A DNA stretch of 64,000 nucleotides from Octopus vulgaris (Eukaryota). Every line of letters starts with the position of its first letter. The first letter of the stretch is position 1. Below, one piece after another: positions 29,575 to 43,179 of this stretch. The notes under the pieces are model-generated. The model searched no databases, was not told the DNA's origin, and saw only the letters and a program-made list of their open reading frames with translations. Position numbers and translations under genes: made by a program. Location: assembly GCA_951406725.2 (NCBI GenBank), contig OX597814.1, positions 82,336,001 through 82,400,000 on the forward strand, given 5' to 3'.

Positions 29575-29925
29575 ATCATCATCATCATCATCATTTAATG
29601 TCCGCTTTCCATGCTAGCATGGGTTGGACTATTTGATTGAGGACTGGTAAACCAGATGGCTGCACCAGGCTCCAATCTTGATCTGGCAGAGTTTCTACAG
29701 TTGGATGCCCTTCGTAACGCCAACCACTCTGAGAGTGTAATGGGTGCTTTTACGTGCCACCAGCATGAGAGTCAGTCAGGCTGTACTGGCAACGGATCTT
29801 CGCAAGCAGAGTTTAGTGGCAACGGATCTTCGCAAGCAGAGTTTAGTTATATATATATATTTATGAGAAGACCCGGCAAGCCAAATGAGACCATAACCTT
29901 GGATCTTCGCAAGCAGAGTTTAGTT
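29575..29925 (-). mobile_element. RTE LINE 3' UTR with rearranged junction
   Basis: (CAT)n tail plus the reverse complement of about 440-645. GGATCTTCGCAAGCAGAGTTTAGT occurs three times, and a short plus-strand RTE piece lies at 29863-29900. Confidence 0.75.
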
Positions 29926-29989
29926 ACACCCTGTACATTTAAACACAAATATATATATATATATATATATATACAAATATACAATTATA

Positions 29990-30197
29990 TAAATATAATT
30001 ATAAGGGCACTAATGAATAGTGCCACATGCTAGAAGTAGATGCTAAATGGCTCTAAGGACTACAGTATTTAAAAACAAAAATCACTTTCTTCACTTCCAA
30101 TCTGTGCTAATGAAATAAATAATGTAGTTCTTAGAGCCATTTGGCATCTACTTCTAGCATGTGGTGCTATTTATTAGTGCTCTTATAATTATATTTA
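29990..30197. repeat. Imperfect inverted repeat, ~75-bp arms, next to (TA)n
   Basis: About 29990-30065 pairs with about 30122-30197. Confidence 0.8.
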
Positions 30198-31199
30198 TGT
30201 GGGAACTACATTTTATTTTTCGGGTTGAAATTCAAAGCTGAATCTAATCCACCACTGGCCAAACAGGCACAAAAGAATTTTCTTTATCCTATCAAAAAGT
30301 GATGGATGAGTTTCCACTCGACCTCTGATCTGGCTGTGTCACAAAAAGTGGACAACAGGTAGCCTAAATAAGTACAAACTACTCCTGTGGTACATCCTTC
30401 TAGCTAGGATGACTATTATAAATACAGTTTCCTTAGACACACACCAGATAGCAAGCGACCAGCAAGTGGTTAGTCACCTAGCCAAAGATGAGCAAGCAGT
30501 GACTGGTGACACAAAACAGTAGCAGTTGCAGACACAAGCAAGATGAGACAGAGAAACAACACAGCACAACCAAATGACCAATGCATACACAGACACAAAA
30601 TATGCCTTGTACTATCTCATCAAATCAACATTCTATTTCTCCTGTTTTTACCTTCATTGACTCAAAGCAGTTGGCAACTTTATGTAGCAGCCTTTATTGA
30701 TATTTCAAATAAAGCCTTGTGTATCCAACACGTAAATGCAACTGTTAACCAAATAAATTATTTAAACTATATTCTGATGCTTTTCTCATTGTTTTCCTTT
30801 GATGTCGGTATAAAAATACTGCAAATTCATGATTGAATTGAATTGAATTAAATAAATTAAATAAATTGATTGATTATATATCAATTCAATCATGAATTTG
30901 CATTATTTTTATATCTTTGTATGAAATGATTGTCTGCATGAATTAAAATTCACTTATATGTTTTAGCAACTTGTCTTCTCCACTTTTAACTAAATTGTTG
31001 AGTTTTATGGGATTTCTTTCCATAAATTCACCACACATCATATACAAGTATTATTTTCATATTTGCAAATTTACGCCTGTAAACTACCAGCAAAATATGA
31101 AGAATCAACATTAAAAATCTTTTCTGGAAACCTCCAAATTAAAGGACGAATCTACATTCAACCTTTTTACATCTATATATGTATATATATATATATCCA

Positions 31200-31437
31200 T
31201 ACATATATGTATGTATCTATGTGTGTGTGTCTATTTGTCTCCCCATCACTGATTGACATCCAGTGCTGGTGTGTTTACAGTCTTGTAACTTAGCAGTTCA
31301 ACAAAAGAGACCAATAGAATAAGTATTAGGCTTAAAAAATGAGTCCTGATGTTGATTTGTTCAACTAAAATCCTTCAAGGCAGTGCTCCAGCATGGCCAC
31401 AGTCAAATAACTGAAACAAATAAAAGAATAAAAGAAC
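31200..31437 (+). mobile_element. SINE family A, 3' half
   Basis: Tail GTGCTCCAGCATGGCCACAGTCAAATAACTGAAACAA. Confidence 0.75.
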
Positions 31438-32344
31438 CTAGATACCAAACATCACCCCCACCCTCCCACTGATTCCATGAACAGAGACTTCAAAAGCATC
31501 CTCCAGGGGAATTTGCCAATCTTGTCTCTCAAAAGAAAGAAAACACAAATGCTACGCTTATCAATAAAATGCCATTTAAACTCTCCTTATTCATGAGCAG
31601 TTTGCAGCTAGAAGACTGACAAATGCTTTTAATGTTGGACCTCACTATAATCGAAGATCTCTCCTGGTGAAAGCACATCCTTAACATAGCTAGGATCACA
31701 TCTCAATAACTGGCCCTTCTCAGAAGAACCAGAAAATGCTTCAATCCTCAACAACTGGCACTCTACAAAACTCAAGTGAGGTTTACAATAATGTATTTTT
31801 TTCACAGGTAGGACAGTGATTCTACAGTATACAAAGACATGTATACAAATTACTAATTACAAAAACTGGGATCTGTGAATAGTAAAAATATTTGGAAAAA
31901 GCAGACACTTCAGAAAACACTACCTTCGCTAGTTTAAACCTACACAAAAGCACAGCTATGTGTAACTATTTCACATTAGACCCTCTTCATCGTTGCCCTA
32001 TCATCTCTTCTTTCTCTCATTCCACTTCATAAGTTTTTCTTCTGACATCCACTTTGTCTTTCCTCCAATGTTTCCAAACCCCATTGTGAATATATCAATT
32101 TCTCTCTATTCTACGTAAGAGACATGTTTTTCCTTGATTTTACATAAAAAATAAATATTTCCTTTTTTGGACTATCTCAATACACATATAAAGTTACAAA
32201 TAATAATATGTAAAGTTGAAAAGCCCATTCCCAAAAATAATTATTTCATGTTCTTTCAAAACTTTATAAAATTCTTATCAAAATATTCTGAATATTTAGA
32301 TAATCCTCTTTGGCTTATATGTAGTACAATATTACAGGTTTCTA

Positions 32345-32560
32345 AGGCAATGAGGTGGCAGAAACATTAGCATGCTGGGCAAAATGCTTAGCAGTATTTC
32401 ATCTGTCTTTATGTTCTGAGTTCAAATTTCGCTGAGGTCAACTTTGCCTTTCATCCTTTTGGGGTCCATAAATTAAGTACCAGTTGCATATTGGGGTCAA
32501 TCTAATTGACTGGTCCTCTCACCAAAAATTTCGGGTCTTGTGCCTAAAGTAGAAAAGAAT
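32345..32560 (+). mobile_element. SINE family B
   Basis: Contains GAGTTCAAATTTCGCTGAGGTCAACTTTGCCTTTCATCCTTTTGGGGTCCATAAATTAAGTACC. Confidence 0.8.
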
Positions 32561-34242
32561 ATTGTAGGTTTCTATACCATACATAAATGACACTTTCCTA
32601 TGCATCTTGCCTAATTCTCTTGTGATTCATTTTATGTTATAATAAATATCATAGCCATTATATATGCTTGGACAATGCTATTGACAACTTTTTTTTTAAA
32701 TATATTCTGAAAGAAGCTGTATGGTGAGTATATCATTTCTTGAAGCTTCCTTCAGTCATTCTAACAAACTGATTACATCAGTTTTCACAGTCTTGCTAAT
32801 ATAGTTAACTTCTGCTTCACACAATATTGCTTTTGAACTTATTAGCTAGGTATTGTGAGCTTATTCCTTTGCTCCTAACTGTGCAGGTGTCTGTGGATTC
32901 AATGTTATGTTTCTCATGTTAGGGGTGCTACTCCAGGTAACTTTCAAATGGTTTCTATTAAAAATAATCCTTTAAAGGTGCTGGTTGGGAAAGTGTTAAT
33001 CTAATTAGCTCTAGAAATATTTTACCTTTATTTATATTTAAGAAGTTGGGACAAATAGATTGTATTGCATGGATTATTTTTATTTATTTATTTTTAATAA
33101 TAACCACATTTTAGAATATTCAGTCACACAGAATTTACCATAAGCTAACAATCTACGATATTAAAGGAAGAATCAAATGTTTGTTGCCACTTCAACATGG
33201 CTGTTCCTTATGGGAGGACGTTACTGCTATTTTTTAACCCCAACAGAACATCTTCTCCAGCCAGTTAACAACACAATCTGTGTCTGATATATTGCAAGCA
33301 GGAGGGTGAACCCCTACCATCTAGCGCATTGTCAGGACCAGTAGACCAGCCTGGTTTCAAGCTATTTTACCCTCTGTCAACAGCAGTAATAACAGCCATG
33401 TTGAAGTTGCACCAAATATTACTCTCCAGTATAGTTACTATTTGCATCTCTTACAGAGATTTTAGAACTAGGTGCTTTAGTCATTTAGATATTTTATATA
33501 TAAACTGAGGCCAATAAATCTATTACACCACAGAAGATTCTTCTCCTTTCCATCATATGGGAAATTTTAGAGGATCTTGCACCTCTTAGTGGAGAGAATA
33601 TTGGAGATAAGATCAAGGAGTACAAATTTTGATGCTATGTTTATCTTTGAATTATATTATGTAATAGCATAATTCAAAGAAGGCTTTTTACAAATAGTCT
33701 CAAAGTTTACACCACTTTTTATCTATTTATCTATTTTTGCCTGAGAATCCATGAATTTGCGATTATTAATTTTTGCAACAAATATGATTTTTATAATACA
33801 ATTTTAATTTTACACTCCCTTAATACATATGTGTGTGTGTATGTTGTGGCATCTTGGGCAAATGTCTTCTATTATAACTTCAACCCAACCAAAGCCTTGT
33901 GAATGGATTTGGTAGACAGAAACCTAAAGAAGCCTATCATATATATTATACATATATGTTTGTATGTGCGTGTCTTTGTGTATGAATGAATACGTGCATA
34001 TGTATGTGTGCTGTGTTTGTGCCAATGTGTGTGTGTGTGTTTGTGTATGTACAACACAGTGAGTCACTCAGTATTTCTTATTTCTGTCTTATAAATGATA
34101 CGTTTGCAGCTCATATTATTTATCAGATAGAAATAAGAAATATTGAGTGACTCAGTGTGTTGTACAAACATACACATGCACACATCCAGACACAATACAC
34201 ATATTCATTCATACACACATAAAGTTTTCATGCACAACATAT

Positions 34243-34635
34243 AAGGGTATGCTGAAATATTCATAGGCTGACCATACTCTCATATAATGTGACCAAATGA
34301 GGTTTATTTTTCAACATAGTCCTCCTTGCAGCCCACACACTTCTTCCATTGGTGTTGCAGTGCTTGGATCTCATTAGTGAAGAAGTTTTCATCCTGTTAC
34401 TCAAGAAAGTCATCAACAGCAGATATGATATCATTATCATTGTGATACTGGTTACCAGCCTAGTGTTTTTTTATGTTGAGGAACAGATGATAGTCAGATG
34501 GGGCCAAATAAGGAGAATAGGGATGGTGATCAACCAGTTCAAAGCTGCAGTCACACATAGCAGCCATTGAAAGTGAGGGAAACAAGAACTTGTGTGCTGG
34601 AGGATTCTCCTCATGAAACAAGAATCCTTTCATCA
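34243..34635 (-). mobile_element. Mariner transposase 3' remnant with one TIR
   Basis: Peptide LFHEENPPAH...FELVDHHPYSPYLAPSDYHLF (YSPDLAP motif). TIR AAGGG...GCTGAAA..TTCATAGGCTGAC is shared with 43180. Confidence 0.85.
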
Positions 34636-34918
34636 GTTTTCCTAATGTTTTTACATTTGGATAGTTATGTATATGTATACACAGGGAGACATGTGTATAT
34701 TTGTGAATGCGTGTGTGTGTATATGTATATATATGTGTATGTAGATGCAGGTGTGTGTATGTGGGTGTGTTTGTATGTGTGTTTATGTGGATGTATGGAT
34801 GTATATCTGTGTGCGTGCATGTGTGTGTGACTAAATGAGGACACGCCAAACCAACTGAAAAATGAATAAAATGACCTCAAATCAAAACATTCGCAAAGTC
34901 ATCCCTTGACAAAAAGAG

Positions 34919-35027
34919 ATGTATATATATATTATACTATATTATATATATATATATACACACACATTCATATGCATAATATATATATATAAAAACATTT
35001 GATATATATATATATATATATATATAA

Positions 35028-35104
<77 letters not shown>

Positions 35105-35130
35105 TATATATCTATATATACATTCATATG

Positions 35131-35177
<47 letters not shown>

Positions 35178-35270
35178 GTGTATATATATATATACATATA
35201 TATACATATATATATACAGTCATATATATATACATTTACACATATACATTCATATATATATATATATATA
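34919..35270. repeat. Compound (TA)/(CA)/(TG) microsatellite field
   Basis: Seen directly. Similar fields are at 35620-35980 and 37021-37335. Confidence 0.9.
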
Positions 35271-35356
35271 GGGTAGTAAATTTTAACAAATTTCACTACC
35301 AGTGGCCTAGCATGTATAAAAAGTCAATAGATGACATACTATTCAATATAAAATGT

Positions 35357-35622
35357 CGTACATTTAAACACAAAGAGAAATTACCTAAAACAGGCAATTT
35401 CTACACACTTGGAGGCAGTCAAAACGACCAAAAACCACAAAATTTAAGTAATTTCAAAGGGAATGAAAAAATAAAACTGTTACCTTGATTTTCTAGTAAA
35501 AGTTTTATTGCTTCATTCCCTTTGAAACTGGTTAAGTTTTATGGTTTTTGGTTTTTTTACTGTCTCCTAGCATGTTATAAATTGCCTGTTATAGGTAATT
35601 TCTCTTTGTGTTTAAATGTACA
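35357..35622. repeat. Imperfect inverted repeat, ~125-bp arms, between (TA)n tracts
   Basis: GTACATTTAAACACAAAGAGAAATTACCTA...AAAGGGAATGAA pairs with TTCATTCCCTTT...TAGGTAATTTCTCTTTGTGTTTAAATGTAC. Confidence 0.85.
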
Positions 35623-35984
35623 TTCATATATATATATACATTGATATATATATATATATATATATATATACATTCATGTACATATATATATATATATATT
35701 TATATATACATGTATATATGTGTGTGTGTGTATATCCTCTCTCTCTCTTTGGGAGAGGCACAAGCACCTACACGTACATGTACACACACGGCAGTTACTT
35801 CCGCCTGCCGAATTCAATCACAAAGCTTCGGTCAGCTCGGGGCTATAGTGGAAGACACCTACCCGAAGTGCCACGCAGTACATTTATATATACATTTATA
35901 TATATATATATATACACACACACACATATACAGGTAGCACATAAAAAACACCATTATATATTTTTATATATATATTCATAAATA

Positions 35985-37020
35985 TCAACAGGCAATAACA
36001 GAGGAATTCAAGACAGGATGTCCCTGGGAACGCCTCTATGCTGACGACCTTGCTCTAATTGCTGAGTCACTATCAGAACTAGAGTAGAAGTTTCAAGTGT
36101 GGAACCAATAATTAGAATCGAAGGACCTTAGAGTCAACCTAGCTAAAACCAAAGTCCTAATAAGTAGGAAGGCAAGCAAACCACAAATCCCTTCAGGTAG
36201 ATGGCCCTGCTCAATCTGTAGAAAAAGCGTAGGTAGAAGCTCTATAAGATATACCCAGTGTAAGCTATAGACACATAAGAGGTGCAGCAATATCAAAGGA
36301 AGTCCAACTGGAGAGATAGTTGTTGTTTGTGGCAGATGCTCTGGACCAATAAACACTGCAAATGTGCAGAGAACAACTTCTGCCACATTCCGGGGAGAAA
36401 AACTAGAAGTAGTTGATAGCTTCCGTTACCTAGGTGGATGCGCTGAAAGTGTAGCTGCTAGAAAAGGAATACCCTGGGCAAAAGTTCAGAGAGCTCTTAC
36501 CTCTGCTGGTGACAAAGGGCCTCTCACTCAGAGTAAAAGGTAGACTGTATGATGCATGTGTACAAACAGCTATGCTACAGGGCAGTGAAACATGGGCCGT
36601 GACTGCTGAGGACATGCATAAGCTCGCAAAGAATGAAGCCAGTATACTCCGATGGATGTGTAATGTCAGTGTGCATACTCAACAGCGTGTAAGTACCTTG
36701 AGAGAAAAGTTGGACCTAAGAAGCATCAGATGTGGTGTGCAAGAGAGACGACTGTGCTGGTATGGTCATGTGGTGAGAATGGATGAGGATAGCTGTGTGA
36801 ATGTGCTACACCCTAGCGGTTGAGGGAACCTGTGGAAGAGGTAGATCTAGGAAGACCTGGGATGAAGTGGTGAAGCACGATCTTCGAACATTAGGCCTCA
36901 CCGAGGCAATGACTAGTGACCAAGACCTTTGGAAATATGCTGTACTTGAGAAAACCCAACAAGCCAAGTGAGACCATAACATCGTGGCCTATTCCAGGGG
37001 TGTAACCAGCCCACTTATGC
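35985..37020 (+). mobile_element. 5'-truncated RTE-clade LINE: RT core (YADD), Cys-rich insert and C-terminus
   Basis: PWERLYADDLALIAES (YADD at 36037), LRVNLAKTKVL, ML.GSETW, RRLCWYGHVVRM and GRGR.RKTW. Multiple stops and frameshifts. Confidence 0.9.
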
Positions 37021-37063
<43 letters not shown>

Positions 37064-37083
37064 AATGTATAGTGGGTGAATGG

Positions 37084-37125
<42 letters not shown>

Positions 37126-37130
37126 CAATG

Positions 37131-37164
<34 letters not shown>

Positions 37165-37176
37165 CAAATGTATATT

Positions 37177-37213
<37 letters not shown>

Positions 37214-37219
37214 CAAATG

Positions 37220-37279
<60 letters not shown>

Positions 37280-37334
37280 AATGTATATGTATATATATAT
37301 ACATACGAATATATATATATATATATACATATAC

Positions 37335-40300
37335 ATTAATTCCCCCCTCTTTTTTCCTTCTTTCTCCTTTCTCTCTCTTTTCTTCTCATTTTTCAATCAT
37401 GCCCAATTATACACCTTTCACCCTCCATCCTCATCACTGCCTAAAAAAAGTACCTTTCCACTGCTTTCAACCTTATATTAACCTTTCCCTACTAATTAAA
37501 AAAACACGCTTCTGCAGTCACCTTTCATTACTCAGCCGCTGCCTTCATCACTGCCTCATCCCTAATGGTTTCTGCCTCCATTTCCACCCACCTCTCCACT
37601 CTTCTTCAACTATCCTACTGCCTTATGCATGCCACCATTCCTTCTAATCTCTCCAAAATACACACCATCGACCACTTTCTCCCTCTGGCTTTTTCCATTT
37701 TCTCCTCTCAGTCGCCCTCACATGCTAACACTACGTTACATAATTCATTTAAATCATCTCTTTCATCAATTTGTTGCTAACACCAAACAATGTAAACTCC
37801 ACTCAGTCCTCTATTCCGTCACACCCAATGCCACTACCCCAAATCCTCCCTTACCCCTCTCCCCTGATATGCTCCCACACCCTCGCCAAACCCCACCCAC
37901 ATACCCCTCCCTCCCAGCCTTCTACCACCCCTCCTACTTCTGTTCCATCCACCCCTTCTCCACTTCAGTCTGTTGTTACCATTCCTCCAGATCTTCCCCT
38001 CTCTGAGGCAGAGTGCTCCCTCCTCAGTAGGGGTCTGCACTTCATACCCCTCACTCCATCCAGCAACAAATTTCAGACTCGTGCCAATATCCACAGCTCT
38101 GTGCACCACATTAGGTTGTGTACACTTTTCCACGACACTCTACCTGCATCTAATGAGGCCTGCTTCACCGACCTGGGCCGCTGACCATCACAGTGGACAC
38201 CAGCTCCTGGCCAGTTCCAAGCAGTCGATCTTTTTGCAGGCACCTGCCAGCGTACTGTAGACCAATTTGACTTTTCCAAGCGTCCCCGACATCTGAACAT
38301 CTCCCTAGCCGAACTCTTGGCCCTTTAATGTTTCCAACACCACACAGACATCATCATAAAACTGGCCAACAAGGGTGGAGCCATGGTGGTGTGGCATGCG
38401 GGTCTCTACAAGACAGAAGCTCTCCGCCAACTTCAAGACAACTCCTTCTACTGCCCACTGCCCTCCAACCCCACACCCTGCTACCAACAGACTGTGTCCT
38501 CCACTATCCATGACCTCATCTCCCTCCCACTGCTCATTGTCTGCACCCCACATACTTCCACAATTTACGTCTTCCCCCAAATCCACAAACCTTATAACCC
38601 TGGCTGCCCATTGTCTCTGCCTGCAACTGTCCCACTGAACTCATCTACAGATATCTTAACTGTGTCTTTGCCCCCTAGTGGCTTCCCTCCTCTCTCACAT
38701 TCATGACACCAACCATGCTCTTCGTTTGTTCAACTCTTTCTCCTTCCCTCCTGGCCCCTCTAAACTTCTCTTCACTCTTGACATCAAGAGTCTATACACA
38801 GTGATCCTTCACCACGAGGGGCTGCATACACTCCAACATTTCCTTGACCATCGACCCAACCTGACACGTCCACATTCCTTCATCAGGCTGAACTTGTCCT
38901 CTCACTTAACTGCTTCTCATTTGCGGCTGATTTTTACCAGATCTCGGGAGTGGCCATGGGAACAAGAATGGGCCCCAACTATGCGAACCTGTTCGTTGGC
39001 TATGTTGAGGCCCAAATATTCTCAAGTTTCACTGGTCCCATTCCTGAACTATACAGTCATAATATTGACAACTGTATCGGTGCAACCTCATTCTCCCGTG
39101 AACATCTAGACTCTTCCGTCTTTTGTCAAATCTTTCCATCCTGCCCTCCACTTCTCCTGCACTATTTCCGACACCTCTGTCACCTTTCTCAACATTTCAC
39201 TCAGCATTCATCACTCCACTCTCACTATCCCCATCCACTACAAGCACAGACTCACACTCATACCTCAACTTCTCCTCCCACCCTAAACACACCAAGTTCT
39301 CCATCCCCTATTCCTCCATCTACGCATGCTCTGCAGTGACAACCATGACTTTGAGACTCAGTCTCAACTCATGGGTCACCACTTCATCCTACGTAGATAT
39401 CCCCACACCACCCTTGCCAGAGCACGTTCCGTAGACCATGCATCTCTCTCCCCCACCATCACCATCTCCCATTTCCCTTCACCTACCACCCTACCTCTCC
39501 AACACACCATTTTCCAAGCCTTATGGCAACTCCAATCCGACCCCTCCACTTCACACATCTTCCTTAACTGACCCCTCCTCTCCTTCAAACAAGCCCACAA
39601 CCTACAAGACCTCTTGGTCCACAGCTTCTTCCCTAACCCAGCTCATTCTCCTGCTCCCACCTATGCCCTTACCTCTCCAACACCACCCTCCTCACAGGCA
39701 CCCATCATTGACCCTATTATATCACTGACTCCTTCACCTGCACTTCTAGCAACATCATCTACTGCATCTCCTGCTCTCTATACATCAGTCAAATGGAATG
39801 CCGCTTGGCTGACTGGTTCGTGAAACACCTCCGAGACATCTGACTCGGCAATGACACTCTGGTCTCGTGCCATTTCCGTTCTACCGGTCACTCTTTACAA
39901 CACCTGTTTGTGTTCAGATTGTCCTTGCACAGGAGCCATCCAGACTCCCATCTTCACTGTGAGAAGGGATTAATCTTCTCTTCACTCCTTTGCACCACAT
40001 AGGCTCAACTCTCCTCCCCTCTTCCTCCTACCCACCTCTCCTCTCTTGCTCTGGCACCTACTTCCTCTCTTCACTCCCACCCACCCTCTCCCTCATTACC
40101 CCACCCCTACACATTCCAATCCCACCATCCCTTAGACCTCACACCACCCCTGACCACTTCCCAGCACCTACAAGTCAATGTCACTAGACCCCTTCCACAT
40201 GCATGCACACACGCACCTTCATTTTGGGATCACCACTACTTTATTATCTCCCCTTCTTCTTAGCTCTCCTGTGTGATCCTCTGTCCAGTATTCACAATAA

Positions 40301-40470
40301 TAGATCGCTTGCCATTATACCTTTTTTCTATTTTCTTTCCCTGTTTATTTCTGTCAAAGAGCGTAGGCTCGAAATGTAAAAGACTTCCTCACGGCCTGAG
40401 AGTTAAACTAATACATCTGTTTGTTGTTTACACACCCATCTTTGTCTTTTGGTTTTTTGTAAATTCTTAT
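37335..40470 (+). mobile_element. Near-full-length decayed Penelope-like retroelement (RT + GIY-YIG endonuclease)
   Basis: N-terminal [18 protein letters not shown], then LLSRGLHFIP, IIKLANKGGAMVVW, LFTLDIKSLYTVI, GVAMGTRMGPNYANLFVGYVE, degenerate YIDD (HNIDN) and GIY-YIG-like FTCTSSNIIYCISC..YI. Inserted in (TA)n. Confidence 0.9.
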
Positions 40471-40835
40471 ATATATATATATACATATACACACACATAT
40501 ACTTTCATATATATACACACACACATACATTCATATATGTACATATACACATACATACACACACACACACTTATATATGTATATACATGTATATTTAAGT
40601 CACATCTTCAATATTCACAATATTCAACTAATCTGGTGGTACTCCTAAAACTAGTTTCTTAATGTATCATTCTACAAAACAGAATATATAGTATGATGCA
40701 AACGAAAAACAGAGATTGTACAAAATTATAAATAGAGAAATATATTATGATAAAATTTATTTTACCATTGGATATTCTTATCTCGCAATTGTTTTGCAGT
40801 TTAAAAAACATGTATAAATAATTTATTTTATTAGA

Positions 40836-41684
40836 CAATGTAGTATCAAACAGTTCCCAGACTAGTTATGTAGCATGCTAACAGATGGCAGCACACAGTA
40901 ACCTTCATGAGGCATGTGCTGAGTGATATCACTGTGTTTATTTCAAAAGTTGTGTTTTTGCAATGTGTATACTGTAGATTATGATTTTGTCATGGATAGG
41001 AATGAAAAGCCACTATAAAATTTTGTGTTAGATTTGGGAAGTCTGCTCCAGAAACATTGAGCATGCTTCAGCAAGCATATGGTAATGAGGCAATAGGTCA
41101 TACATAATATTTTGAGTGGCACAGGTGCTTAAAAAGGGTAACATCTTAGGAAGATGATGAGCAGTTTGGAAGACCTGCCATGAGAGTCACCCCTGGAAAT
41201 GTGGTATTGTATATTGAGAATTCGTCCCCTAGTGCCAGACATCAATCAAAGGTTCTACTGCAACATTTTGAAATGTTTCAGGGAGGGCATTCGGTGAAAG
41301 CAACCAGATCTGTGGAGTGAGAAGAATTGGATTCTTCATGGGGCTCCACCTCACTCATGAGTTTCTCGCTAAAAACATGGTATCCACCCTATTCGCCAGA
41401 TTTAGCACCTGTGGACTCCCATCCCTTCCCCAAGATGAAAATGCATCTCAAAGGTCACCATTTTAACACTTTGGTTAAAATCAAGAGTGAATTGCAGAAG
41501 GTCCTCAACTCGCTTACAGAAAATGACTTCCAGGCTGGATTCCAAAAGTGACAGGAACACAGTCACCTTGCTCAGCAATACACTAGTGCCAATTTCGAAA
41601 GAAATGATGATAAAACTTAGGTGAATAAGTTATTATTTTTGTATTAAACATAACTAGTCTGGGAACCTTTTTTATACCACTTTG
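40836..41684 (+). mobile_element. Internally deleted mariner element with both TIRs
   Basis: TIR core GTTCCCAGACTAGTTATGT / ACATAACTAGTCTGGGAAC, TA at the right end. Peptides IKFCVRFGKSAPETLSMLQQAYG and PPYSPDLAPVD..FPKMK. Confidence 0.9.
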
Positions 41685-41711
41685 TACATGTTTAAGAGGT
41701 TTGAACTTAGA

Positions 41712-41885
41712 ATATTGGTTTCAAATTTTGGCACAAGGCCAGCAATTTCAGGGGGATTGGGTAAGTTGATTACATTAGCACCAGAAGGATGAAAGTTAGA
41801 ATTGACCTCAGAACATAAAGTCAGCAGAAATACTGCTAAGCATTTTTTCTGACGCAGTAACAATTCTGTCAGCTTGCCACCTTAT
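41712..41885 (-). mobile_element. SINE family B (internally deleted)
   Basis: Reverse complement of the family B head and tail. Confidence 0.7.
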
Positions 41886-42121
41886 TTGAACTTATATTAC
41901 TGGTGAAAAACAGTATTTTGAATTTCATCTTTGTTAGTAGTTTTATTATTGTAGAAATATAAACACAAACTAGTGAACAAGTAGGAGACATTCATCCCCA
42001 CTCTGTCAGGTTTACAATTCTCCTTAGAAATTAGGTTTCTTCAAGTAGGTTTAATGTTATTTTATTACATAGTTATGCATTCATTTATATTTTCTTGGTT
42101 TACATATTTCAAAGGAATTTT

Positions 42122-42510
42122 AGTCTTTTACTTGTTTCAGTCATTTGAACACAGCCATGCTGAAGCTCCACTTTGGAGGATTTTTTAGTGAAACAAATTG
42201 ACCCCAGGACTTATTTTTTTAAGCTTAGTACTTATTCTATTGATTCTTTTTGCTGAACTGCTAGGTTATGGGGATGTAAACATACAAACTCCAGTTGTCA
42301 AGTGGTGATGGAAAGACAAACACAGACACACACATAGATATATATGACAGACTTCTTTCAGTTTCCACCCACGAAATCTACTCACAAGGCTTTGGTTAGC
42401 CCAAGACATATAGTAGAAGACACTTACCCAAGGTGTCACACAGTGGGACTGAACCTGGAACCATGTGGTTACGAAGCAAGCTTCTTACCACACAGCCACA
42501 CCTGTACCTA
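42122..42510 (-). mobile_element. SINE family A, full length
   Basis: Collinear with 21293-21612, with CpGs decayed. Confidence 0.8.
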
Positions 42511-43179
42511 TAATTGTTTGTAAATATTTATTCAGGGAACTAGCAAGTCTAAGATAAGATCATACCCACTAGCATGTCTAGAATAGAAATTAAGAAAAAG
42601 CCATTAAAACTTGTTGACATTTAAAAACTGCTCTCTTTGACATAAAGCTTTGATTAAAGCATCAGGATTATTTCAACATTGCATACAAACCTATCAAAGT
42701 TCATGAACTTTGCTAAACATTTGTCTATTGATGCAGTCAACCACTAGAGTCATCCAAAATATTTGACACCTCTGTTATATGTAGGTTTAATGCCAAATGT
42801 TACATTGCTCATGTAATGAGCAATGAAAAGTTTGGTATTAAACCTAAATTTTGAAAAAGATTTTTCATGTTATTTTCATTAAATAATAACCCCAAATTTT
42901 CTGGGGTTTTTTTTAACATAGGTACCTGAGACAAGATGAAAGGGTACATATGAATTAAAAAGGTTTCTTTTGTGAAATGGTTAAATATTTCTCTTGACAA
43001 GGCAAATCACGAAGGAACTATAAAACTTTCTGACAAAGTAATTGAAGCACTACAGCTTTTTAAGTTTACCTTTATGCTCAAATTATAGTAAATCAAAATC
43101 AAAATGCATTTCACATCAGGAAGTATAATATTTTTGTAAGTGTTTTCAAGCTGAAAGGCAACCAGGTGAGAGACATTTA

